Of a stretch of 64,000 nucleotides of DNA, positions 8,726-18,378 are shown one piece after another. The position numbers and the translations under genes were made by a program. The notes under the pieces were generated by a model that saw only the letters and a list, made by a program, of their open reading frames with translations, was not told the DNA's origin and ran no database searches. The stretch is from positions 392-64,391 of the forward strand of contig JAQVBZ010000006.1 of assembly GCA_028690055.1 (NCBI GenBank). Reading direction: 5' to 3'. The number at the start of each line of letters is the position of its first letter. Within the stretch, counting starts at the first letter, position 1. The stretch is from Minisyncoccota bacterium (GTDB taxonomy: Bacteria > Patescibacteriota > Minisyncoccia > JAHIHE01 > JAGLIN01).

Positions 8726-9319
8726 CTACGCCACCCTCTTTTTAAACTCCTCAATAATATTCTCCGCGCCTTTTTCCATTACCATCTCCCACGCCCGTTT
8801 ATATGCTGGATACTCTTTTGCATAGCCTATCTCCCTGCGCAATCTGTTCTCATCGAACAATTTCATGAATACCTGGTAATGGATAGCATGGACCGGGATG
8901 TGAATGATCGTGTTCTCCTCCTCAGCTTTATATTTCCTATAAAAGTATGCCCACGCATTGTATAGTTCGCCCTGTTTACTATTCTGTATATAAATCTGAT
9001 GAATCAGCTCATGTGTCAAAACATCGACGACATAATCAATCGGATAATCGTCATATACCATAATGGTCAAAGGATAAGAAAAGGCGATGGACCTCCCCAC
9101 GACAAAACACTGAATCTTCTTTTCTTGCCATTTAAGCCCGGAGGACTTTTCTATTTCTCTCAATATTTTCTCTCCGTCCTCTTTCCAAACCCTTTCAATC
9201 TTTTTTATCTTTCCCGCCAATGTTTTATACGGAGGGTATTCTTTTTTAAGGGCCGTAAAATATTCTCTCCATTTTTCATCATAAATCCTGGAATTGCAAA
9301 ATTCTATTTTTGGTATCAT
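8726..9319 (-). CDS. Hypothetical protein with HExxH (THELIHQ) motif, putative metallopeptidase-like
   Basis: The only signal is the HELIH motif in a 197-aa soluble protein. No further family assignment is possible from sequence alone. Confidence 0.45.
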   Translation of the reverse strand: MIPKIEFCNSRIYDEKWREYFTALKKEYPPYKTLAGKIKKIERVWKEDGEKILREIEKSSGLKWQEKKIQCFVVGRSIAFSYPLTIMVYDDYPIDYVVDVLTHELIHQIYIQNSKQGELYNAWAYFYRKYKAEEENTIIHIPVHAIHYQVFMKLFDENRLRREIGYAKEYPAYKRAWEMVMEKGAENIIEEFKKRVA

Positions 9320-9394
9320 ACCTATAAAATTAACGGCTTACTCCCTAGAAACATTATAACACCGGCAAAATAAAAAGGCGAAAAGGTTGAGCCT

Positions 9395-9820
9395 TTAAGC
9401 CTTTGCCGCACCGGTTTTTTGTTTGGTAACCAGGCGGATGAAAAATGTTAGGACCAGGAGACACCAAAGGGCATATACCTTCGGAACAAGGAGTAGGTAT
9501 TTACCCTCTCCCAATTCAACAAAATCCCATTCATCAGGATTTCTGTGCCAGGGCAGAAGGAATATTAAAAACCTAAAAATTCCTTCTGGCAAAACTTCTG
9601 CAATCATCTCTTCGGAAATATTAAATATCAGTCCGAAGTGAGGCATATATTTTGCCTTGAATTTGCGTTTTCCTATGTCTTCATTCCTCGGAAATCTCAG
9701 CACTGCAACGTCTATGATACGATACGCTGTGCTATCCTCTTTTTGACGCCTGTATATCAACAGTCCAAAAAGATGGAACAGAAATCTGAAAAGTGGATCC
9801 AAAAATGGAGCCTTTTCCAT
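9395..9820 (-). CDS. Hypothetical protein (141 aa), partly hydrophobic
   Basis: The call rests on ORF length and the C-terminal hydrophobic stretch only. Confidence 0.3.
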   Translation of the reverse strand: MEKAPFLDPLFRFLFHLFGLLIYRRQKEDSTAYRIIDVAVLRFPRNEDIGKRKFKAKYMPHFGLIFNISEEMIAEVLPEGIFRFLIFLLPWHRNPDEWDFVELGEGKYLLLVPKVYALWCLLVLTFFIRLVTKQKTGAAKA

Positions 9821-9982
9821 TACTACACCTTTTGCAATTTTACTTTTCGTCCGCTATCCCTCCTTTTATCTTTATTATAAGATGGACTGAGTATTGTAAA
9901 CTAAAAGACTGCGAAAGTCAACTTCTCAAATCAAATAAAAAAGAAGCTGTCTTGCTATACGGCTTCTCTCTAAAATTTCAGG

Positions 9983-10702
9983 CTATTTTCCTTTTTTACC
10001 TTCATCATAGATATCGAATTCATAACCGAAAATATTTTTCTCGTCCATTTTTCCGTGAGTGAGAAGATAAAGACCTAGCCCGACATCCTGCGCCAGGACT
10101 TTCAGATAGCCTTCTTTCTTGAGGCGTCGAGGCGAAACTTGGACCTTCGCGTTCGACATAAAACGGAATTTTCCCAATTTTACCCCGCGTTGCGCGTAGT
10201 CGGAATCTTCTCCCAGCATAAGCTTCTCGTCAAAGCCTCCCAATTGTTGATGCAAATTTCTCTTAACAAAAATACACCACCCTCCTGCCAGCGGTTTTAC
10301 AAATTGCGAAGAAGCAACGAAATAATTCCACCAGCGGAAGAAAAGATGATCTAAATAATTGCCTTTCGTGGTAGCGATTGGCACTCCCATAGCCAAGTCT
10401 TTTTTTTCGAATTCAGCCAATCCGTTTTTCAAAAAGTCAACATCCGGCAACTCGGTGTCCGCGTCCAGGAAAAGAATGATATCACCAGTGGCCGCCTCGG
10501 CACCATGATTCCTGCCCGCCGCCGGCAGTCCACCTTGTACTATTTTGCAATTAAAATTTGCTGCAATTTCTCTGGTCCTATCGTGGGAAGCATTGTCCGC
10601 CACGATGATTTCATAGTCGCAAAAAGTCTGTTTCCCGATACTCTTCAAAAGCTTGGGTAAATATTTTTCTTCGTTCTTGGTTGGAATAACTATCGATAAC
10701 AT
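9983..10702 (-). CDS. Glycosyltransferase family 2
   Basis: The N-terminus reads LSIVIPTKNEEKYLPKLL, followed by ADNASHDRT and the FLDADTELP DXD region. Confidence 0.8.
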   Translation of the reverse strand: MLSIVIPTKNEEKYLPKLLKSIGKQTFCDYEIIVADNASHDRTREIAANFNCKIVQGGLPAAGRNHGAEAATGDIILFLDADTELPDVDFLKNGLAEFEKKDLAMGVPIATTKGNYLDHLFFRWWNYFVASSQFVKPLAGGWCIFVKRNLHQQLGGFDEKLMLGEDSDYAQRGVKLGKFRFMSNAKVQVSPRRLKKEGYLKVLAQDVGLGLYLLTHGKMDEKNIFGYEFDIYDEGKKGK

Positions 10703-10711
10703 AGATTTTAT

Positions 10712-11875
10712 TTATTCGTTCTTTTTTTTCTGAATGATCTCATTATAAAGACCAACGACCTTATCCACCCAAGGCGCGATACAAAATTCTCGAGCATTGA
10801 CACGTGCGCTTGCAGACATTTTTTTTCGAAGTGCGCCATCCTCGATGAGCTTGATGGTGTTGGTGGCAAAATTATCTTCAACATTGTCCGTCAAAATCCC
10901 ATCTTGTCCGGACTTGATCATATCCTCGATACCGCTGGCTTTTACCGCTACTACCGGCAGTCCCGCCGCCATGGCTTCCACCGCCACCAGACCTTGTGTT
11001 TCTGTGAGGGATGCAAAGACAAATATGTCACTGGCTTGATAATGAGCAATCATTTCTTCTTTGTCCAAAAGCCCCGTAAAGATGACGCTGTCTTCCAGCT
11101 CAAGCTCCTTTACCAAAACATCAAGCTCATCACGGAAGCTACCTTCGCCGACAATCATTAACCTAACGTCCTTTCTTGTGTTGCGAATAATCGCAAAAGC
11201 CCGCACCAAAAAATCGATATTTTTTTCTGGAACCACCCGACTTGCCGTAATAAGAAACACTTCATTCTCTTTGATGTCATATTTATTGCGAATGCTATCC
11301 CGCGTTCCCGCGTCTTTGGCAAACTGATCTATATTTATACCACTCGGAATGATATGAACCGATTTTTTTATCCCTTGTTCAAAAAGCAACTTCTTAATTG
11401 CGCCGGAGGGAGCAATCAGCGCATCGCACTTCCTGCAATTATGATTTACGATCCATCGGATAATCTTCTGGGAAATCTTCTTGGGAATAAGAAATACGTA
11501 ATGAGAATAATCTTCGTATTTGATATGGTAAGTAAGCACAATTGGAATATCTAGTTTTCTGCTAAATTTGGTCGCCTCCCACCCTAAAGAAAACGGCTGG
11601 TGGCTGTGAATGACATCGAGATTCAAAGAGCGAACAGTGTCTTCCATTTTAGAAACCATCGGCACGGGGATAACGTAAAGATAATCGTCATAAGTGAAAG
11701 AAAATGATTTATATCGAAAAATATTTTCTTCTTTCTCCTCCCAGTCTGGATAGTCGGGAGCAAAAATAAAAACTTCGTGTCCGGCAGCTCTAAGCCCGTT
11801 ACTTAAATTTATAACCGATGTCTCCATTCCACCCTTGGAAGGGGTGAAATAGTTGATAAACATCCCAATTCGCAT
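10712..11875 (-). CDS. Glycosyltransferase family 4 (GT-B, GT1/GT4 superfamily)
   Basis: The C-terminal EX7E-type region reads FASLTETQGLVAVEAMAAGLPVVAV. Confidence 0.85.
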   Translation of the reverse strand: MRIGMFINYFTPSKGGMETSVINLSNGLRAAGHEVFIFAPDYPDWEEKEENIFRYKSFSFTYDDYLYVIPVPMVSKMEDTVRSLNLDVIHSHQPFSLGWEATKFSRKLDIPIVLTYHIKYEDYSHYVFLIPKKISQKIIRWIVNHNCRKCDALIAPSGAIKKLLFEQGIKKSVHIIPSGINIDQFAKDAGTRDSIRNKYDIKENEVFLITASRVVPEKNIDFLVRAFAIIRNTRKDVRLMIVGEGSFRDELDVLVKELELEDSVIFTGLLDKEEMIAHYQASDIFVFASLTETQGLVAVEAMAAGLPVVAVKASGIEDMIKSGQDGILTDNVEDNFATNTIKLIEDGALRKKMSASARVNAREFCIAPWVDKVVGLYNEIIQKKKNE

Positions 11876-11894
11876 AGCTGTAAATAATAGCTGA

Positions 11895-12356
11895 TTATCT
11901 TATTTTTAAAAACTTTTTTGTGTCTTTCTCAAAATTATTCCAAATATAATACCAAAAAGAGGGGAAATAAACGAGGCTTATAAAAAACAGCGAAATAAGA
12001 ACGACGGCGTCATAGCTGGCGCGCACCCAATAGTCATCATCCAACTTGAACCACATTCCGAATTCATCGAAGGTGAGCCCCAGGCCAAGTCCATAGAGAA
12101 CCCCGATCTTGAGGCGATTCTTTTCATTCTGGAAAACCAGCGCCAAAAAACCGGCGATGGCCATAATAACGATTCCATAATTGAGATGGTGAACGTGATA
12201 ACCTTTGATATATATATAGGGATCCTCCAAGATTCCGAAAGTAGCAGAAAGCACGTAGAGTCTGACAAACACAAACGTAAAAAGAAAAGTAACCAGCACA
12301 ACGAAGCTGACTCTTTTCTTATGTTTTTCTATCAGGTTGTCGTAGAATATTCCCAT
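11895..12356 (-). CDS. Membrane protein, hypothetical (4 TM)
   Basis: Hydrophobic helices are visible, and the gene lies upstream of the glycosyltransferase pair on the same strand. Confidence 0.45.
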   Translation of the reverse strand: MGIFYDNLIEKHKKRVSFVVLVTFLFTFVFVRLYVLSATFGILEDPYIYIKGYHVHHLNYGIVIMAIAGFLALVFQNEKNRLKIGVLYGLGLGLTFDEFGMWFKLDDDYWVRASYDAVVLISLFFISLVYFPSFWYYIWNNFEKDTKKFLKIR

Positions 12357-12437
12357 TCTAGAAGATTAAAGACAAATCTTATTCAGCGTCCTTCTGCGTT
12401 CGACTCCTACGGCAATCACCCGTATATAAATAACCGA

Positions 12438-12797
12438 TTATTCTAATGTTTCCATCGTGATTGCTTTCATCGGGCACTCATTGGCACATATACCGCAGCC
12501 TTTGCAATAATCAAGATCGATTTTGTCGATGATATTTTTTTTGCCCCCTTTTCCGTCTTTGACTTCTTTAATTTTGATTGCCATCTCCGGACAATAAGTG
12601 GCGCAACGGAGACATCCGACGCATTTGTCTTTTGCAAGAACTGGCTTCTGTGATTTCCAGCTACCAGTCTTCACTTCATTGGAGTTACCCGGCTCGATAA
12701 TTTTACCACCGATCGGGATTTCTTTTGCTCTTTTAAGTTTCATATATATGAGAATTAATAATTTATTTAAGAACCTACCGCTCCTCAATTTCATCAT
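12438..12797 (-). CDS. porD: Pyruvate/2-oxoacid:ferredoxin oxidoreductase delta subunit (2x[4Fe-4S] ferredoxin)
   Basis: Two CxxCxxCxxxCP motifs are present (CVGCLRCATYCP and CKGCGICANECP). The gene overlaps the porG stop. An alternative start is the internal Met at 12743. Confidence 0.8.
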   Translation of the reverse strand: MMKLRSGRFLNKLLILIYMKLKRAKEIPIGGKIIEPGNSNEVKTGSWKSQKPVLAKDKCVGCLRCATYCPEMAIKIKEVKDGKGGKKNIIDKIDLDYCKGCGICANECPMKAITMETLE

Positions 12798-13350
12798 AGC
12801 CCCTTTGCAAAGCCTCTAAATTTTTGTCTATCATCTCCTGCGTCAGTTTAACGCCAAATTTCTTCTGGAGCTGATTCATAACTTCCTTGTAGGAAATCTT
12901 TGAATGGATCTTGGCTATCGCACCGACCATTACGGTATTGGGAAGATTTTTTCCCAAAATTTCTTTAGAAATACCGCTGGCATCAATGGTATAGATTTTG
13001 CAATTCTTGCCAGAAATCAAGAAAGAGATTTCTTTTTCCGTTTTAGGAGTATTGACAAGCAAGGTTCCGCCCTTCTTGATTCCAGCCGCGACATCCACGC
13101 TAGACAAAAGGGTGGCATCCATTACCACTACCATATCCGGACCTTCTACATCGCCGTGCAAACGTATCTCCTTGTCGCTGAGCCGCACGAAGGTCTTCAT
13201 CGGCGCGCCCGAACGCTCCGGACCGTATTCAGCAAATGTCTGCGCAAATTTCCCCACTGCGATAAAAGCCTTGGCGGTTATGATGCCTGCCGTCTTCGCC
13301 CCCTGTCCGCCCCGGCTATGAATCCTGATTTGGTAAATGTTTTCTATCAT
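12775..13350 (-). CDS. porG: Pyruvate/2-oxoacid:ferredoxin oxidoreductase gamma subunit
   Basis: The N-terminal IRIHSRGGQGAKTAG motif is typical of POR/KOR gamma subunits. Confidence 0.85.
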   Translation of the reverse strand: MIENIYQIRIHSRGGQGAKTAGIITAKAFIAVGKFAQTFAEYGPERSGAPMKTFVRLSDKEIRLHGDVEGPDMVVVMDATLLSSVDVAAGIKKGGTLLVNTPKTEKEISFLISGKNCKIYTIDASGISKEILGKNLPNTVMVGAIAKIHSKISYKEVMNQLQKKFGVKLTQEMIDKNLEALQRGYDEIEER

Positions 13351-13374
13351 GGTTTTTTATTAATTGCTTATTTC

Positions 13375-14376
13375 CTAATATCTCACCACAGGGATCACTG
13401 TAATTTTGGAAACAACGGTTTGCCCCATTTTTTCCGAAAGAATCCTGTCTATATCTTCTATCTGAACGCTCCCGAGCTCTCCCGGATATTCGATTGTTAC
13501 ATTGACAGTCACAATCTGCTCTTTGCTTTCGATACCTACTTCCTTGATTGTAGCATCCGCCAGTTTTGCTGTCACGGTCTCCTCTACGATGGTCTGTCGA
13601 TTCTTTTCCGTAACCGCCCCGTCAGTCAGAAAAGCCAGGGGAATAGCTATCACTATCAAAAAAAGTATCGCCCAGGTCAGATTATTTTTCCGCTTTTCCT
13701 GTCCACTTTCACTCACGGGCCCCTTAAATCTGGCTATGATAAAAAGTAACGAGGCGGCAGAAGTAACAGCAATGAGATTGGAGAGGTATAAGAGAAAAGC
13801 TCCACCAACCAGAGCAAGGTCCTTATGTGCCATCGAAATACCCATCACTGCAAGAGGAGGGACCAAAGCGGCTGCAACTACAACGCCGGCGATAGCGGAC
13901 CCAAGTTTAGGATAAGCGACAATAAACGCCCCCACAAATCCAGCGGCAATGGCGATAAAAAGTTCAAAAATAGTCGGAGAAGTCCTGGCCAAAAACTCAC
14001 TGCCAGACAATGAGTAATCAGGAGAAATGAATCCCATAAAAAACGAAATCAAAAAAATAACCAACGCACTCTTTAGAAGAGTGTATGCTGAGGATTGGAT
14101 CAGCCTAGACTTGCCCTCAACCAAACCCAGCGAGAGCGCCAAAATCGGCCAGACAAGAGGTGCCAAAAGCATTCCCCCGATTATGACCGCCGACGAATCC
14201 ACGATCAACCCCAAAGTGATTATTATACCGGCAAAAATCGTAAGCACATAAAAATCAAAATCGTTTTCAGCATTAGACTTGATTTCGTCATAAACTTTTT
14301 TCTGCCTTTCCGAATCAATATGGAAGGGACCGATGTGCTTTCTTATCGCTTTCAATCCCTCTTTTTTCATTTCCAT
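13375..14376 (-). CDS. DUF389-like polytopic membrane protein
   Basis: The protein has ~8 TM helices and a Gly/Ala-rich membrane core, 333 aa in all. Confidence 0.5.
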   Translation of the reverse strand: MEMKKEGLKAIRKHIGPFHIDSERQKKVYDEIKSNAENDFDFYVLTIFAGIIITLGLIVDSSAVIIGGMLLAPLVWPILALSLGLVEGKSRLIQSSAYTLLKSALVIFLISFFMGFISPDYSLSGSEFLARTSPTIFELFIAIAAGFVGAFIVAYPKLGSAIAGVVVAAALVPPLAVMGISMAHKDLALVGGAFLLYLSNLIAVTSAASLLFIIARFKGPVSESGQEKRKNNLTWAILFLIVIAIPLAFLTDGAVTEKNRQTIVEETVTAKLADATIKEVGIESKEQIVTVNVTIEYPGELGSVQIEDIDRILSEKMGQTVVSKITVIPVVRY

Positions 14377-14387
14377 ATAATACTTTT

Positions 14388-16466
14388 TTATTTAATCATA
14401 ATTCTCACATCCACTGCCTTGCACCCCTGCCCTTCTTTCTGTACCATCAGCGGGTTGATGTCCAATTCCTTAATTTCCGGATGATTCACAACCAGATTAG
14501 AAAGTCCCACCAGGGTGTCGGCAAGCGCTTCGATGTCCATTTTGGGAAATTGGCGATAGCCTGTCAGTATCTTAAATGATTTGATTTCCTGCATCATTTC
14601 CATCGCCTCTTCCCGGTCGATAGGAGCGAAGCGAAAGGCTACATCTTTAACGACTTCCGTATAGATTCCACCCAGGCCGAACATCAAAAGATGCCCGAAA
14701 TTTTCATCGCCCTTGACGCCGAGAATAATTTCCCGGCCATCTACCATCGGCTGTATGATTATCCCTTCGAAATCACCGCCCAGCTTCCCTTTAATTCTAT
14801 CAAAATATTCGCTAACTTCCAAATCGCTACAGATATCAATCTTCACCCCCTCAACCTCCGTTTTGTGACTGATCTTGCGGGAAAATATCTTTATTGCCAC
14901 CGGATAGCCTATTTCTTTCGCAATCTGCACGGCCTCATCTTTATTTTTTGCAATTTCCGAACGGGCGCTATCGATACCATATTCCTCCAGAAGCTTCAGC
15001 GCTTCTATAAAGTCGGGGTTCTGTTTCAGAGCAACGACTTCTTTATTTGAATGGTTTTTTATCGCACTCACATGACAAGAGGTTAAATATTCTTTCGCTT
15101 CCGTCTTATTCTTTTCACATTCCCATATTTTTCCCAGAGCGCAGATTGCCGCGGAAAGATGGTCATAAGCCGCCACCGGACTTTTTTTGAGCTTCTCTGC
15201 CGTATCGTTTATCAATTCCCCGCCGATAAAGCTCGCCACAATCGGCTTATCCGTCCGTTTGGCAGCGTCCGTAAGTACCTTGGCGGTCTTTGCGATTTCA
15301 GTCCCTCTCTGTGGCGTCAAGATAAAGACGATACCGTCCACGTTCTTGTCGTCCAAAAGCACATCGAGAGCAATCCTGAATCTATCCGCCTTGGCATCTC
15401 CCAGTACATCCACCGGATTGTGTATATTCGCTTCCGCCGGCAAGTTAGCTTTGAGAAATTCCGAGGTCTTCTTGCTAAGTTTTGCCAGTTGGAGTCCATA
15501 AGATTCAATTTCATCGCTTGCGAGTACTCCCGGTCCACCGGCATTGGTAATGATAGCTATGCGGTTATTCTTGATACCTTCATAACGAGACAGAAAATTC
15601 GCCACGCCGAAAAGTTCCTGCATATCATTGACTCGTGTCGCACCTGTTTGCGAAAATACTACCCGTGTCGCTTCATCCGCTCCCGCAAGCGCCCCCGTAT
15701 GGGACTGCATCGCTTTCTGCGACGCCTTACTGGTACCGGGCTTGATAATAATCAGAGGTTTTGTTTTTGCCAATTCCGCTGCCGCCTTCATAAATTTCTC
15801 TCCGTCCTTGAAGCTTTCGAGATATGCCAATACCGCCGTAGTCTCTTTATCGTCTTTGAAATATTCCAAAAGTTCCGCTTCCCCCACGGATACTTTATTG
15901 CCAAAACTGATAAAGCGCGAAAAACCCACACCGCTGACATTGGCCCAGTCCAGCATAGCCGAACAGATAGCCCCTGATTGGGAAATGAAACCCAGCGTAC
16001 CCTTCCTTGTCATACCATTGGCAAAGGAGGCGTTGAGATTATTTATAGAATCCGCCAAGCCCAGACAGTTCGGACCGATAACCGCGATATCAAATTCCCG
16101 AGCGATTGCCTGCATCTCCGCCTCCAGCTTCGCCCCCTCTTTACCGACCTCCTTGAATCCCGCCGAAATGATAACGACATGTTTTATTTCCATTTCACCG
16201 CACTGCCTGAGCGCGACATTTACGAAAGGTGCCGGAATAACGATGATTGCCAAATCGACTTTCTCCTTAATATCCGAAACCGATGGATAAGACTTGAGCC
16301 CCAAGATTTTCTTGGCCTTCAAATTGACGGGATAAATTTTCCCCTTGTACTTTCCTTCAATAATATTTTTCAAAATCCCATAACCTATCTTATCCTTATC
16401 CGTCGAAGCGCCGATGACCGCTACCGATTTTGGAGAGAAAAATTTCTCAAGTTTATTTTGTGACAT
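14388..16466 (-). CDS. Acetate--CoA ligase (ADP-forming), fused alpha/beta domains
   Basis: It has the CoA-binding N-terminus (KSVAVIGAS), a succinyl-CoA-synthetase-like His-loop region and a C-terminal ATP-grasp, 692 aa in all. Confidence 0.9.
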   Translation of the reverse strand: MSQNKLEKFFSPKSVAVIGASTDKDKIGYGILKNIIEGKYKGKIYPVNLKAKKILGLKSYPSVSDIKEKVDLAIIVIPAPFVNVALRQCGEMEIKHVVIISAGFKEVGKEGAKLEAEMQAIAREFDIAVIGPNCLGLADSINNLNASFANGMTRKGTLGFISQSGAICSAMLDWANVSGVGFSRFISFGNKVSVGEAELLEYFKDDKETTAVLAYLESFKDGEKFMKAAAELAKTKPLIIIKPGTSKASQKAMQSHTGALAGADEATRVVFSQTGATRVNDMQELFGVANFLSRYEGIKNNRIAIITNAGGPGVLASDEIESYGLQLAKLSKKTSEFLKANLPAEANIHNPVDVLGDAKADRFRIALDVLLDDKNVDGIVFILTPQRGTEIAKTAKVLTDAAKRTDKPIVASFIGGELINDTAEKLKKSPVAAYDHLSAAICALGKIWECEKNKTEAKEYLTSCHVSAIKNHSNKEVVALKQNPDFIEALKLLEEYGIDSARSEIAKNKDEAVQIAKEIGYPVAIKIFSRKISHKTEVEGVKIDICSDLEVSEYFDRIKGKLGGDFEGIIIQPMVDGREIILGVKGDENFGHLLMFGLGGIYTEVVKDVAFRFAPIDREEAMEMMQEIKSFKILTGYRQFPKMDIEALADTLVGLSNLVVNHPEIKELDINPLMVQKEGQGCKAVDVRIMIK

Positions 16467-16561
16467 AACAATATCTTATCTTGCTTATTAAAAGCGAACA
16501 ATCATTTAGCTTTTTCGAGACATGATCTTTTCAGTAAAAATTTCTTGAATGCCGTGCCACA

Positions 16562-17578
16562 TTATTTTATTTTTTCAATCTCGACTCCCTGTAGCTTACT
16601 TTCAATCTCCTCTCTTGTCATTATTCCACTCTCAGCTCCGTACTCTGCTACCTCCCCGCCGCTATTGAGAATGCCGAATTTGAGTGCAATTTCAAAATCG
16701 CCGGAAATGATGTAACCTGCAACCAAACCGGAACCGAAAGCGTCACCCGCGCCGGTCGTATCCGTCTGGCGCATCACATGAGCGCCAGAATGTAACATCT
16801 CCTCCCCCGCCAAAAGGTATGCGCCTTTCTTGCCGTCGGTAATGACTATGTTGGACACGCCCCAAGACTTAATAACTCCGATGAGTTTGGCAATGTCATT
16901 GAAATCTTCGCCCTCTAGACCGGACACAGAATCGCTTTTTACAAGTTCAATCGCTTCATCTTTATTGATAATCAAAAGATAGGTGAATTTCATAAACTCC
17001 GCAAGCTTTTCTTTGCCGGATAAGATTTCCGTCTCGCCTGGATTCCACGCCAGCTTGCCACCACTCTCCCGGACAGCTTCGCCGATTTTCCGGAGTTTAT
17101 CTTCGAAATCGTCACCTAGGGCAGTAAGATAAATCCATTTTGTATCTTTTATTTCTTCCGGACGGATTTCCAAACCGTTAGCCGCGCCCTTGTGTGTAAA
17201 AATCACCCGCTCGCCCTCCTTGCCGGCACTGTCCACCACTATAAAAGAAAAGGCCGAGTTTTTACCCGCCTCAATTTGGATCAGGTCAGTGGAAATGTTA
17301 CGCTGCCGCAGATTTTCCGCGATAGACCTGCCGTTGCCGTCGTCACCAAGACGCGAAACTACAGCCGCATTCAGCCCCATCTTGGCAAAAGTCGCCGCCG
17401 CATTGCAAGCGCCGCCGCCAAAATTCATCCGTACATCTTCACTGCGGATTTTTGCGCCATATTCAAAAGCCAGCAAGCGCTGAGAGGTCAAGTCCTCCGG
17501 TGTCTCGATTACTTTTCCTCGGTCGGTCAAAAATGTCATGTCACGGGTCGCCCCGCCAATCGTAACGATATCAAACAT
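16562..17578 (-). CDS. PfkB-family carbohydrate kinase
   Basis: The C-terminal DTTGAGDAFGSGLVAGY signature and the N-terminal GGGACNAA motif support this. Confidence 0.85.
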   Translation of the reverse strand: MFDIVTIGGATRDMTFLTDRGKVIETPEDLTSQRLLAFEYGAKIRSEDVRMNFGGGACNAAATFAKMGLNAAVVSRLGDDGNGRSIAENLRQRNISTDLIQIEAGKNSAFSFIVVDSAGKEGERVIFTHKGAANGLEIRPEEIKDTKWIYLTALGDDFEDKLRKIGEAVRESGGKLAWNPGETEILSGKEKLAEFMKFTYLLIINKDEAIELVKSDSVSGLEGEDFNDIAKLIGVIKSWGVSNIVITDGKKGAYLLAGEEMLHSGAHVMRQTDTTGAGDAFGSGLVAGYIISGDFEIALKFGILNSGGEVAEYGAESGIMTREEIESKLQGVEIEKIK

Positions 17579-17674
17579 ATATATGCTTATTATTCTTGGG
17601 TTTATTATAGCAATTAAAAACGTTTTAATCTAATAATTATAAGGTAGCCGGAAACTACAAAAATTTATAAACCA

Positions 17675-18307
17675 TCAACAAATCGTAAACCATTCCCCTT
17701 CCAAAGGATCAATGTATCCGATGAACGTGAAAATACTATTCACAATTACCCACGCGGCGAGAACATAACCGAACCCCAGCAGTGCCGAACCCAGCACCGA
17801 TTTGATACTTACCATCATATCCGTCTGACCGACGGCAGTCAGGGCGATAAGTTGCCCCAACACGATAGCCAGAAGCGCCAACACACCGACCGCCTTTACC
17901 GCAAAATCCGCTATAAGCTGAAGAGAAAGAGCGAATGAACAAAAATCACACGGAGCACATTCGTCCCATTCCGTACTGGGATCATTGATATTTTTTCCGC
18001 AAGGAATCAACCCGCCGGAACCTTCCACGCTGCCACAATCCTCTGTAGCGGTGGCAGCGGCATCTCCTGCCTCGGGATATAGAGCATCGCGCTCCGTCTC
18101 TTCGGGAGCAGTAGCGGCCTCTTCCGTTCCCGTAGAAGAGGTTGGTGTCAGAGCGGGAGTGTTGCTCTCCGCCGCCCAAGCAACCGGGACCGGGGCGAGC
18201 AAGCCGCAATATACTTCACCGGAAGACCTGTCCGACAAAGTCGAGCTGAGTTGCGGACTCAGAAAATTGCACGCAAGAGCGATTGCCAGCACTAAAGTTC
18301 TTTTCAT
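17675..18307 (-). CDS. Secreted/membrane-anchored protein with Cys-rich middle region and two C-terminal hydrophobic helices (VirB2/TrbC pilin-like topology)
   Basis: It has a signal peptide (MKRTLVLAIALACNF), an Ala/Thr/Glu-rich low-complexity linker encoded by a local GC-rich stretch (about 17980-18200), and a C-terminal pair of hydrophobic helices. Confidence 0.45.
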   Translation of the reverse strand: MKRTLVLAIALACNFLSPQLSSTLSDRSSGEVYCGLLAPVPVAWAAESNTPALTPTSSTGTEEAATAPEETERDALYPEAGDAAATATEDCGSVEGSGGLIPCGKNINDPSTEWDECAPCDFCSFALSLQLIADFAVKAVGVLALLAIVLGQLIALTAVGQTDMMVSIKSVLGSALLGFGYVLAAWVIVNSIFTFIGYIDPLEGEWFTIC

Positions 18308-18378
18308 ACTTATAGCTTACTGAATTTAAAAATATTTTTCAGATAGTTCTATGCTCCGACCATCTCCGCCCAGCCGCC

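Noticed and set aside
12904-13749. 281-aa plus-strand ORF
   Set aside because: It is antisense to porG and the DUF389 gene. Its composition is atypical (His/Arg-rich) and no start context is present.
15159-16290. Two 220-272-aa plus-strand ORFs
   Set aside because: They are antisense to the ADP-forming acetyl-CoA synthetase. No RBS and no recognisable domains are present.
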